This document shows, piece by piece, positions 52,557 through 64,000 of a stretch of DNA of 64,000 bases (position 1 is the stretch's first letter; each line of letters opens with the position of its first letter). The notes beneath the pieces are model-generated. The model was not told where the DNA came from, ran no database searches, and saw only the letters and a list, made by a program, of their open reading frames with translations. The DNA lies in assembly GCF_036321535.1 (NCBI RefSeq), contig NC_087436.1, positions 13,764,001-13,828,000 of the forward strand, written 5' to 3'. Position numbers and translations under genes: made by a program. Origin of the DNA: Camelus dromedarius (Eukaryota).

Positions 52557-52601
52557 CAGTCCATCTGTTAGCAGCTTCTTTAGCCAGTATATTTGCTTGA
52601 C
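52557..52601 (-). CDS. MND1: MND1 penultimate coding exon (45 nt)
   Basis: Poly-T acceptor tttttcag|, exon GTCAAGCAAATATACTGGCTAAAGAAGCTGCTAACAGATGGACTG = (R)QANILAKEAANRWT(D), donor G|GTATGT. Contains the MND1 motif KEAANRWTDN. Confidence 0.95.
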
Positions 52602-54253
52602 CTGAAAAAAAAAAAAAATATATATATATATCCATGCACACACAAAATAATGTTCATCTATGTATAGATTCTTTTTAAAAAATATATAAACAAAGGTTAT
52701 ACATACAAAATGGCTTTGGGAAAAAAGCTCAAATAGTGATACTGTATCTCACAAACCTGCTCAGCTTCCCAGGGAAATTTTAGATAGCTGCAGTTATATT
52801 CGTCATGAAAAGAAAGTCAACGTGAACAACTTCCCTTTCCTAAATGTCCATTACTACTGCACTTGCTCCTTTAAAGACAACATATGTTTAACTGAGATGT
52901 TTCTCAAACAATTTACAACACCAAGAAAGGGTAAAATAATGTGTTTAATGATAAGCATTTTAGTTTATGTATATTTTAGACCACAATAAACCTGACAATA
53001 AAATTTTAACAGTCATACAGTAGCCCTGTAGAAGGAAATATTTATTTTAATTTAAAAATTTAATTATACATCCTGCTATTAAATGTATCTATATCATGTC
53101 TTTCAAGTTAATCTATACAGCATACAATAATGCCATGATCAACAAGGCACAAATATTATTTATCACCATAATAGTTATTTATTTATTGAAATTTATATAT
53201 CACAGAAATCACCATACTGAAGTGAAATTTCAGTAGGTTTTAGTATATTTACAAGTTTGTACAACCATTACCATTACCTAATTCCAGAACATTTTCGTCA
53301 CCCAAAAGGAAATCCTACACCCATTAGGAGTCAGTCCACATTCCCCCTTCCCTCAGCCCCTGAAGACCACTTACCTACTTTGCTTTTATGGATTTCCTTA
53401 TTCTGGACATTTCATATAAATTAAATCATTTATGTCTGGCTTCTTTTCGCTTAGCACAAAGTTTTCAAGGTTTATCAACTGTAGCATGTATCAATACTTC
53501 ATTCCTTTTTGTTGCTAAATAATATTCCATTGAATGGCTATACCACAATTCATTTAGTCACTCATCAGTTGACGGACATGGGCTGTTATTACTAATATGA
53601 ACAATTTAATAATTTTTGTGTGAACATGTTTTCAATTCTTTTGGGTATATACCTAGGAGTGGAATTGCTGGTTCAAATGTTAACTGTATGTACAACATTT
53701 TGGGGAATAAATAAATTACATTCCCCTAATGATGATGTTGAGCATCTTTCCATATGCTTATTGGCCATTTATTTATTTTCCTTGGAAAAATGTCTATTCA
53801 AATCCTTTGCCTATACTTACATTTTTTAAATAGTTGAGTCATGAGAATTTTAAAAAATATATGGTTTGGATATTGGACACTTGTCATACACAGGATTTGC
53901 AACTATTTTCTCTCATTCTGTGGGTTCTTTTCACTTTCCTGACAATGTACTTTGACACACAAAGTTGTTAATTTTGATGAAGTCAAATGTATCTACTTTT
54001 TTGTTGGTTGCTCAAGCTTTTGATGTCATATCCAAGAAATTGTTGCCTAAACCAAGGATACAGAGATACACATCTGTGTTTTCTTCTGAGAGTTTTATAG
54101 TTTTAGCTCTTACATTTAGGTCTTTGATCCTCTTGAGTTAACTTTCATATATAGCATAAGGTGGGAGGTCAGATTGATTCATTTGCATGTGGATAACCAG
54201 TTGTGCCCGGCACCATTAGCTGAAAACACTATTCTGTCCTGATTGATAGTCTC

Positions 54254-54481
54254 AGGAGTGGGGGTAGAGTTCAGTGGTAGAGCACTTGCTTAGCATGCAT
54301 GACGTCCTGGGTTCAATCCCCAGTATCTCCATTAAAAATAAATAAAAAAGAAAAAGAAAATAACAATTAAAAAAAAATAAATAGGGGAGAGTAGTAGCTC
54401 AGTGGTAGAGTGTATGCTGAATACGATCGAGGCCCTTGGTTCATCCCTAGTACCTCCATTAAAGAAATAAAATAAAAAGAG
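54254..54481 (+). mobile_element. Two tandem tRNA-Ala SINEs inside one TSD pair
   Basis: Heads at about 54255 and 54384; outer TSD ctgattgatagtct / ctgattgatggtct. Confidence 0.88.
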
Positions 54482-56072
54482 TACTGATTGATGGTCTTGG
54501 CACTTTTGTTCAAAACCTTGCTTCTGGACTCTCAAGTCTATTCCATTAACCTATATGTCTGTTCTTATACCTGTACCACATTGCCTTGACTATCCTAAAC
54601 TTGTAGTAAGTTTTAAAATTGGGTAATTTGAGTCTTCCTACTCTTTTTTCCCCCAAGATTCTTTTGGCTGTTATGGGTCCCTTGCAATTTCATATGAATT
54701 TTAGGATCAGCATCAGTTTCTGCCAAAAAAGCAATTAGAATTTCAATAGGTTTTACATTTAATCTATAGATCAATTTGGGGAATATTTCCACCTTAACAT
54801 TAGTTAAGTCTTTCAATTTGTGAACTCAGGATACTTTTCTATTTAGATAGGTCTTTAATTTCATTCAGTGTTTTGCAGTTTTCAGTACAAATCTTGTACT
54901 TCTTTGATTAATTTTATTCCAAGTATTTATTCATTTTGATATTTTCCCTTCATTTTCAGACTGTTCATTGATAGTACATACGGTACAAGTGATTTTTGCA
55001 TATGGATTGATCTTGCAATCTGCTGACCTCATTTATTAGGTCTAATATTTGTACTTTGTTGTTGTTTTGTGGATTGTTTAGGGCTATGTGTCTAAGATCA
55101 GGTCAAATGCAAATAGAGGTGGTTTTACTTTTTTCTTTTCAGTATGGATTCTTTTTCTTTCTTTCTTGCCTAACTGCCCTGCCTTGAACTTCCAGTACAA
55201 TGTTGAACAGATGTGGTGACAGTGGACATCCTTAGCGAAAGCATACAGCCTTTTATCATGTTAGCTGTGTATTTTTTTCCCCAGATACTCTTTTGTTAGA
55301 TTGAGAAAGTTCACTTCTATTCCTAGTTTGTTGAGTGTTTTTATAATAAAAGGGTGTTGGACTTTATCAAAAAATTTTTGTCTATTAGAGACAATCATGT
55401 GGTTTCCTCCCACCTTTGTTCTGTAAATCCATTGATTAGATTGACTGATTTTTGTCTATGTTGAAACAATGTTGTTTGCATCCCTGAGATAAGTATCATT
55501 TAATCATGGTGTATAATCCTTTTTATATACTGCTGGATTTGATCTGCTAGTATTTTGTAGCAATTTGTAGAATTCTTACATCTGCATTTATAAGCAATAC
55601 TTAACTATAGTTTTCTTTTCTTATGCCATCTTTGGTTTTGGTATCCGGGTAATACTGACTTCAAAAAATGTGTTAGGAAGTGTTCTCTCCTTTCTTTTTT
55701 CATTGAAAAGTTATTTCTTTAAATGGGTAGAATTCACCAGTGTAGGCTTGGCTTTTCATTGTAAGAAGTTTTTAAATTTCTAACTCAATCTCTTAACATG
55801 TTATATATCTATTTAGATAGTTCATTTATGCCTGAGATAGTTTTGGTAGTTTGTATCTTTCTAGAAATTTATTCATTTCATATAGCTTATCAAATTTATT
55901 GACATACAACTAACTGCTCATAGTATTCCTTTATGATCATTTTTCTATCTGTTAGGTCAATAATGATCCTTCTCTTTCATTCCTGATCTTAGTAATCTGA
56001 ATCTTCCTTTTTTCTTGATCAGTCTAGCTAAAGATCAATTTTTTTGATTTGCTTAAAGAACCAACTTTTGGT

Positions 56073-56467
56073 CATTCTAAATGAGCCAGAAAGAGAAAGA
56101 AAAACACCCTATTATATCATTCATATGTGGAATCTTAAAAACAAACAAACAAATAAATGAACTACCTATTATTTATAACTTAGATGATTGATTTCTTGGA
56201 TATGCATAAGCACATTTGACTGTCCTTTATGACTGGATTACTGCATTCTGTTGATTCTTATTTTATGATTGGCTTTATTCCTTTGATAACTATGTAAGTT
56301 TAAAAAGCTAAAGGTCTAAACTGTTCTTAGAAACAATGATCAGTACATATATGCAAACTAAAAAAATGTGCAGTATATTGTATATATGTATTTACATGTA
56401 ATATATTGTATATGTGCAGTCAAATTATAACAATTCTACTTAATAAAACTGAAAACTGGAAAAAAAA
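56073..56467 (+). mobile_element. Chimeric retro-insertion: young L1 3'UTR piece plus ~295 bp non-L1 sequence, AATAAA and poly(A)
   Basis: Perfect 18-bp TSD aaagaaccaacttttggt (56055-56072 / 56468-56485); AATAAA at 56442-56447; poly(A) from 56460. Confidence 0.8.
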
Positions 56468-59400
56468 AAAGAACCAACTTTTGGTTTCATTGATTTTCTC
56501 CTGTTTCTTCTCTATTTCTCTTATTTCTGTTCTAGTCATTTTAGTTTCTTCCTAATACATGCCTTGGGTTTAGTTTGCTCTTCTCTTTCTAGTTTCTTAA
56601 GATGGAAGGCTAGGTTATTTATTTGAGAGCTTTCTCTATTTTTTTAACACAGGCATTAAAATGTTAATAAATTTCTCATTGAACAATGCCTTCATGCATC
56701 CAGTAAGTTTTCATACGTTTTAATCTTCACTATTTCACAGTATTTCCTAATTTCCATTATGATTTTCTTTGAGCCATCCTTTTTCAGGAGTGTTGATTAA
56801 TTTCAACATATTTGTGGATTTCCCAAATTTCCTCCTGTTATTTACCTTATAATATTCCACTGTCATCAGAAAATATACTTTGTATTATCAATCCATTTAA
56901 ATTTACTGAGACTTGCTTACACTTAACATATGGTCTATTCTTGAATATTTCATGTGCACTTGAGAAGAATGTGTCTTCTGCTATTGTTGAGTGAAGTGTT
57001 CTATAGATGTGTGTTAGATTCAGTTGGTTTATAGCAGTAAGTGCTCTAATTCCTTGCTTATGTTCCATCTCATTGCTCCACTGTTTATTCAAAACGGATT
57101 ACTGAAATTTTAAACAATTATTGTTGAACTGTCTATCCCTTCAGTTCTTTTGGTTTTTATTGTACATATTTTGGTTCTCTATTGTTAAGTGTATATATGT
57201 TTATAATTGTCATATCTTCCTGAAGAGTTGACCTCTAACATTATATTTATAAACTGTACTTTGTCTATATAGTAACAATTTTTCTCTTAGTCTATTTTCT
57301 TTAGTACTGGTCTAGTCACTCTAGCTCACCTTTGGTTATTGTTTTCATGAAATATCTTTTTCCAGCCTTTACTTTCACTATATTTGTGTCTTTGAGTCAA
57401 ATGTGAGTCTTCTGTAAAGTATGTAGTTAGCTTATGTATTTTTAATCTATTCTGTCAATCCCTGCCTACTAATTGGACTTTAACCCATTTACATTTAATG
57501 TAATTACTGATAAAGTAGGATTTACATCTGCCATTTGCTATATGTTTTCTATATGTCATATGCATTTTTGCTTCTTAATTCCTCCACAATTGCTTTATTT
57601 TATGTTAAATGAATATTTTTAGCATATCATTTTAATTCTCTAATTTCTTTTACCAAATATTTTTGGGTAATTTTCTAGTGGTTGCCCTGGGGACTACTAC
57701 CAACATCTTATTTTGTAACAATCTAACTAGAATACCAAATTAATTTCAAGAGTATGCAAAAATTTTCCTCCTACATAGCTCCATTCTCCTCCTCAGTTTT
57801 ATACTGTTATTGTCACAAATTATACTATATACATTGTGTGCCCAACATGTTTATCATTATTGCTTTACGTAGCTGTATTTCAAACCAGATAAGAGAACAC
57901 AAGATAGGAACAAAAATGCACATGCACTGTGCTTTAGATTTCCTTATGTGAATCTAGTTTGCTTTGTTTCTTCACATTGATCAAGTTGCTGCCTAGTGTC
58001 CTTTCACTTCAATGAGAAGAACTTCCTTTTTTCTTTTTAAAGGTAGGTCTACTAGTGACAAACCCTTTCAGTTATTTATCTGGGAATATCTTACTTTGTC
58101 CTTCAGTTTTTAAGGAAAGTATTTCTAGATACAGAATTCTTGGTTGACAGTTTTTTTCTTTCAGCACTTTGAATATGTCATTCCAATGTTTCTGGCCTCT
58201 ACAGGCTTCTAATAAAAATCAAGTTGTTAATCTGACTGAAGATCCCTTCTATATGATGAGTTGTTTCTTGCTGCTTTCAATATTCTGTTTATCTTTTGAC
58301 AGTTTGATTATGATGTGTCTCTGTGTAGATCTCTTTGAGGCTGTCCTAAATGGAATTTGTTAAGCTTTTTGAATGTGTAAAGTTTTTCATCAAATTTGGG
58401 ATGTTTTCAGCCCTTATTCTTTTGCCCTCTTTCTCTCTCCTCAACTTCTGTGATTTCCATTATGAGTATGTGACACTGTTGATGCCATACCATAGGTCTC
58501 TGAGACACTGTGAATGTTTCTTTACTCTTTTTGATTTCTGTTCCTCAGGCTGGATTATCTCAATTGAACTATCCTTGAGTTACTGATTCTTTCTCTTGCC
58601 TGCTCAAACTGCTGTTAATCCCTCCAGTGAATTTTTCCCTTAAGCTATCATAGTTTTCAGAATTTCTATTTGGTTCCTTCTTAATAATTTCTATCTCTTT
58701 ATTAATATTCTCTATTAGGTGAGATATCATTCTCAGAGTTTCCTTTAGTTTCTTAGACATGTTTTTCCTTAGCACTTTCAACATATTTAAAATAGCTGAT
58801 TTAAAGTCTTTGTCTAGCAAGTCCAAAATCATGCATGAGCCACATTTTCTTGTCTCTTTGTATGTCTTGTAATTGTTTTTTATTGAAAACTGATCATTTA
58901 AAATAATATAATGTTGCAATTCTGGAAATCAGATTCTTCCCAGGGTTAGTGTTGTTGCTACTTGTTGTAGTTATTGTTTATTTAATGATTTACTGAACCA
59001 ATTCTGCAGAGTCTATATTTATTATGTGTGGCTACTGAAGTCTGTAGTCAGTTTGCTTACTCGTCAGCTAATAATTGAACAGCACCTTAAACACCTGGAT
59101 TAAATCTCCAAGTCTTTGGTGAGAGATTGTGTGTGTGTGTTTCTGTGTGTGCTAAGGCAGGTTTCAACAATACCCAGCTAGTCAATTTACAACTCTGCTC
59201 TAGCCTTCACTTCCTTCTTGCACAGATTGTCAAGGTCAGCTAGTGGTAGGAGATTAGGACCTTCTCAGGTCTTTCCTGAGAATGTACACAGCACTATGCA
59301 TGTAAGTGGCATTCTAGATTTCCAGGAATATGTTTCTTTTCAAGGCACCAATGAACATCTCCTTTGGTCTCTCCCTTTAAGCTTTTTAGTTAGTCTACTC

Positions 59401-60524
59401 TTTTCCTTAACTGTTATTCATCACCTAAGACAGTTGTGAAGTTAAAGTCTTGCCTGTAATTGTTTTAGACAAACGGTCCCCAGGAAGAGGCTGTTAGTGA
59501 TGAGCATACTACAAGCCAGGTCAAAAGAAGACAATTCTTTCTATTAGTGGCTTTTAGGGAACCACCAAAGATGCCAAATAACGACAATTCTTTGGGAATG
59601 AGGGACTAAAAGAGCTCCAGTTCTATCCTACTCCCTCTGATACCAAGAATGCAGGGCTGACTGTTGAGGGGAGGGTAGGCGATAAAACTAGAGCAAATTA
59701 AACAACACAAAGCTCACTCTTCTTGCAGAGGTCCAGTCATTTTTCTTGAATGGGCAAATCTTTGGTTAGTTTCTAGAATTCTGGAAAAGTTGTAACAATT
59801 TTTGCTAGTTTTCATGGAAGGGTAAATTTCCAAAGGTCCTTACTCCATCATTTTCACTGTCATCTGGGCATTTATTTCGAAGAAAATTTCTTAAATGCTT
59901 GTAAGACTTACTTTCCAAATCCTTTAATGTGAGAATTCAGGTTGTACTACAACTTATTTTCTCACTTAAGTAATGATCAGAGTAGCTAAAATAAAAATTT
60001 ATTTTTTTAATAAATTATTTCTTTTACTTCTCATTTCTTGGATATTTGCAACTAATCTTGCTAATACTTGTTTAATGATATCAGTAATTCAACTGGCATG
60101 AAATATAAATATTTCCTGCAAGAATTATTGAGAAATGAGAGATAATACATAATCATGTCTACAGGAACATAAGGGCTATAGCTATTATCAGCAGAAAAAA
60201 GTTTCAAAATAAGTCATGACAGACTTAGAGATAAGCCTGATTGCTATAATACAAAGTGTTACAGCCACATTATTAAGAACCAAATCCTATTAAAATCAAT
60301 TTGTGAAACTCATAATCCTTTAATCCAGTATAATCTGTTCTGCAATAACATGATAGCCAAATCCTATGAAACCCTTCATTACCAAAAAGTACATTTTAAA
60401 AACAATAATCTCATTGGGAAAAGGGATTTAGGGTAAGTCAAGGTAAAGCTTAAAAAAGTTCTCTAGATTTAGTGATACAGAGATCACTGCCATTTACTAC
60501 TTACATATTTAAATTTCTTGAATC

Positions 60525-61765
60525 TGTGGGTTTAATCAAATTAAAAAAAAATTTACACCTTTATTTCTTCTGATATTTATTTCTTCAGATATTTTTCTGG
60601 TCTGAAACACCCCCTGCCCTGGCCCCACCCTCAAAATACACCCCTTTTGGGACTGTAATTACACATACATTAGGTCACTTGAAGTTGTCCTATAACTCAC
60701 AGAGGCTATTTTCATTAAATTATTTTTCCCTGAGTTTCATTTTGAGTAGTTTCTATTGCTATGTCTTCAAATACACTAATCTTTTCTGCAGAAGCTCAAT
60801 CTGCTGTTAACCCAATCCAGTGTATTTTTCTTTCCAGACACCATAGTGTTCATCTCCAGAAGTTTGACTTGGATCTTTTTTATATCTTCAATGTTTCTAC
60901 TTAACGTTTTGAACATATAAAGTACATTTATAGTAACTGTTAATGTTATAGTCTTCTAATCCTACTATCTGTGTTAATTCTGGGTCAGTTTTCATTGAAG
61001 GTTTGATTATTCTCCTCATTAAGGATAATGTTTTCCCTACTTCTTTGCATACTTGGTGATCTTTCATTGTATGCCAGACATGAATATTTTCTTGCTGGGT
61101 GCTGGATATTTTTGTACTCCTACAAAAATTATTGAGCTCTGTTAGGAATGAATTTAGGTTATTGTACAATACTTTGATCCTTTCAAGACTTGTTCTTATG
61201 GCTTGTTAGGTGGGTTGAGAGCAAAGCTCAGTTGAGGGCTAACTACTCCCTTCTACTGAGGCAAGATCTTCTTGAGTACTCTACCCAATGCCTTATGGAT
61301 TATAAATTTTGCTAGTCTGGCTGGTGAAAGCAGACACTACTCCTGCTCCTGTGTGAGTGCCTGGCACTGTTCCTTCAATCCTTTGAGATTGTTCTTTCTT
61401 CAGCTTTGGGTATATTTCTCATATGCATGCATCAACTACTTGAGAGGAACCCTCTCTAGATATCCAGGGTTCTCTTTGTGTTACTCTTTCCCCTCTAGAA
61501 TGCTGTTGGTCTCCCTAATCTCAGTTGCATCTCCTCGACTCAGGGAGTCTGCAGGGCTCTGCCTAGGTTCTCCTTCTTTGTGCTGCAGCCAGGAAACTCA
61601 ACAGAGTAACCTGGGACAATGTAAGGTTTACTTTGTCTGTTTCCTTTCTCTAGGAATCACTTTCCTTTGTGGTCTGATATCAAGTATCTTGAAAACTGTC
61701 ATTTCATATATTGTTTGTTTTTATGTGGGGGGATAAATTCAGTACATTATTACTCTATTTTGGCC
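60525..61765 (-). mobile_element. Ancient L1 5' region / ORF1 relic
   Basis: ORF 60897-61169 contains KTDPELTQIVGL, like old L1M ORF1 N-termini; T-rich antisense L1 texture. Confidence 0.65.
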
Positions 61766-61985
61766 GAAAGTAAAAGCTCCACATATAAAGTTTCACTTGT
61801 TAGCTGTTTGAATTTTAAAAGCCAAGAAATTAAACATTTCTCTATAAAAATATGAACTGAAGTTAGCTTAAAAATTCTTTCTACAGGTATACAGGCTTTG
61901 ACAGTTTTTTTTCTTTTCACTGTAGTTTGGTAACATTCCACAGAAAAAGATATGGTGCTACCTTCACATCTAAAATATATTTATG

Positions 61986-62023
61986 GCCCAACTGGCTTGG
62001 TCGGTAGAACATGAGACTCTTAA
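61986..62023 (+). pseudogene. 5'-half tRNA-Lys(CTT) tailless retropseudogene
   Basis: gcccaactggcttggtcggtagaacatgagactcttaa matches recalled tRNA-Lys(CTT) nt 1-38 (GCCCGGCTAGCTCAGTCGGTAGAGCATGAGACTCTTAA) at 32/38, all mismatches transitions; TSD taaaatatatttatgg / taaaatttatttatgg. Confidence 0.85.
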
Positions 62024-64000
62024 AATTTATTTATGGAATAATGTAATTATCCTACACATCTAATGTCTATTAAATATGCTGTAATTTTCTATAATTAATG
62101 TATTCTATAAAAGATTTTTTAATGAAATAAAAAAATAATAGCACAAAACTAGGAAGGAAGGACTCTTATCCTTTCATTTCCCATTAAGATCAGAAACATA
62201 CAATGTGAAAATGTAAAGAATTAATATATTTGTAATAGATTCATAATTGCAAATTCTATATAACCCAAATACAGATCCATTCTTATGTGGCTGCATAAAT
62301 AAATACTAAAAGATAATTTAGGTTTGATGTTGATGAAGAAAGATAGTCTCTTCACTGAAAATCAGAAAACTTCTCATTCACTTAGACCTCATACCCCGCA
62401 TAATACTCATTCACATTGGCATGTTTTCCTTGGGTTGAGAAATAAATTACCAATTTTTAAATTCAAGGGTTAAGATGGAGAGAATTCAGGCAACCAGTAT
62501 AAAATTATAGTTGCAACTTCCATCTCAACTATGTTATTCTACTCTCCAGAAAACCCATCATCTTTAATATACCCTGAAACCACTTTCTTCAAGTTTGATT
62601 ACCTTTCTAACAGGTGATGCACTTGCCAAGATTGCTGCTTGATTCAGAGGTACAAGAAATGGCAACACTGGAAATTATGTGCCTGAAACAAGTTTTCCCA
62701 CTTCATGAGTCAGTCTGGCCTAATTCTCTGTCTTGATTTTCAGCAACTCAAGATGCTCCACTGGCTTACGATCACCATCAGCATAGGTCAGAATAGTTTT
62801 CTAAGCCTAAATAAGAGTTTTAGTCGTTCCTGAGTGGACAGATGTAATCAAAATCATGAAAAGGACTGTAAAAATGGGAGGTCACAGTTGAGGTGATATC
62901 AGTCAGGGTCATCTGCCCAAGGAAAGAGCTGTGACAACCCAATGAGGACCACAGGGTGAAAAAGCAGAAGCCTTGACTAGGTATGGCTAAGACCTATGGG
63001 TCCCTGGATAGAAAAAAGAATGAGATGGGGAAGCAAGAGTTGGTACTTCAAGGAGAAAGTCCAAGAATTGCACAAAACTAAAATCAGGAAGGAACGTAGA
63101 ACCAAGTAAAAATAATAAATGAAAGATCATATTTGGTTAATGTGAAAACGTAATTTTCATGAGGAACTGCTACAGGGCACAGCCATGCTGATCCTGAAAA
63201 TAAATCATCTGAAGGTATTAAATCTGGGTAAGAAAATTGTTCTTAAAACAGTCTTTCATGAGAATCTGCTCTAGATAAGACACATAACATCCGATGTCCT
63301 CTTTAACACACAGTACGTGTTTCCTTTTGAAGGTAAATCATGAGCAGGCCTAGCTTCCTAGTAGTGAATTCATACCTTGTGTCCTGTTGCTTTGATGTGC
63401 TTGTATTCACTAAGGGTCATTTGATACTAGTTAAAACTTTAAAATAGATTAAAGTGGTTAATTCTGTAGCAGACTTGGTTAGCACTTTCTTCTGCAAGAA
63501 AATAATAAATGAAAAGAATCTGGAGGCAGCACAAAAGAGTTAACATGTCTCCCAAATACTTAATTCACAGAAACTGGCTCAGGGGGTTCTGTCTCCATTT
63601 TGCTTTGAAAATTGCCCTGGGCAATCAGCTGAACTAGGACTGATACATATTATCTCAGCTGTGCACCGCATGGACTTGAACGGTGACTCCTGCAGTCGTG
63701 CAGAGCAGGACCTGTCTCTAAAACTAAGTTTAACTGTAGATAACACTAACTGAACTGCTTAAAATCTTTTTAATTGTGAAGAATACCATGTGATTCTCAA
63801 CTTAATTTAAAAATACCAAATATTTTCAATTTCTCTCAAAGCCTTCAATCACATACTGTCATTTTTTTCTAAAAGTTTCACTGGGTAAAATTTCCTAAAT
63901 GAAAAGAGAAGCTAAGATAGAAAAATATAAAAAGGTTATGCATATTTCCCTAAGCAATTAAATGTAGTATTTTTATAACACACTGTATCATTTCTTCAAA

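Larger units (their letters stand above)
53175..59860 (-). mobile_element. Near-full-length decayed L1 (L1MB-like) in an MND1 intron
   Basis: 3'UTR at about 53180-53700. ORF2 relics: IFPKLIYRLNVKPIEI (54613-54816) and endonuclease INQLNLTHIYRTLHSTIAEDTFFSSAHEIF (56847-57092). ORF1 coiled-coil relic LDKDFKSAILNMLKVLR...NINKEIEIIKK (58569-58919). Many stops. Confidence 0.88.

Noticed and set aside
1..64000. CRISPR array, operon or other prokaryote-type or novel multi-gene system
   Set aside because: The recurring ~70-bp and ~100-bp units are dispersed SINE and L1 copies, not regularly spaced repeats. The sequence is mammalian with spliced genes.
52602..64000. Further upstream MND1 exons
   Set aside because: None recognised; they presumably lie beyond the right edge of the window.

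Overview
Mammalian genomic DNA, most likely a camelid (alpaca/vicuna/camel). This is inferred from about 14 copies of a tRNA-Ala(AGC)-derived SINE resembling the camelid Vic-1 family and many short 3' ends of one young L1 family. Two minus-strand protein-coding genes are partly present in tandem. One is the last two coding exons and poly(A) signal of MND1 (52557-52601, 47562-47668, AATAAA at 47438-47443). The other, about 38.5 kb further along the minus strand, is the CpG-island promoter plus coding exons 1-2 of TMEM131L/KIAA0922 (8696-8819, 7922-7992). The rest is intron or intergenic DNA filled with L1, L2, MIR, MLT1 LTRs, hAT MER elements and microsatellites. Almost all ORF-track entries are artefacts of GC-rich DNA or decayed L1. 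I found no new multi-gene system. The most interesting signals are atypical L1-mediated insertions with readable target-site duplications (TSDs): a 5'-half tRNA-Lys(CTT) tailless retrocopy, a chimeric L1 plus non-L1 polyadenylated insert, a poly(A)-only insert, a 5'-inverted (twin-primed) L1, repeated insertion at one site, and a SINE pair. There are also candidate ISRE/IRF-ETS and D-box motifs in TMEM131L intron 2. Gene and repeat family names come from recalled sequences, not from a database search; repeat boundaries are approximate.
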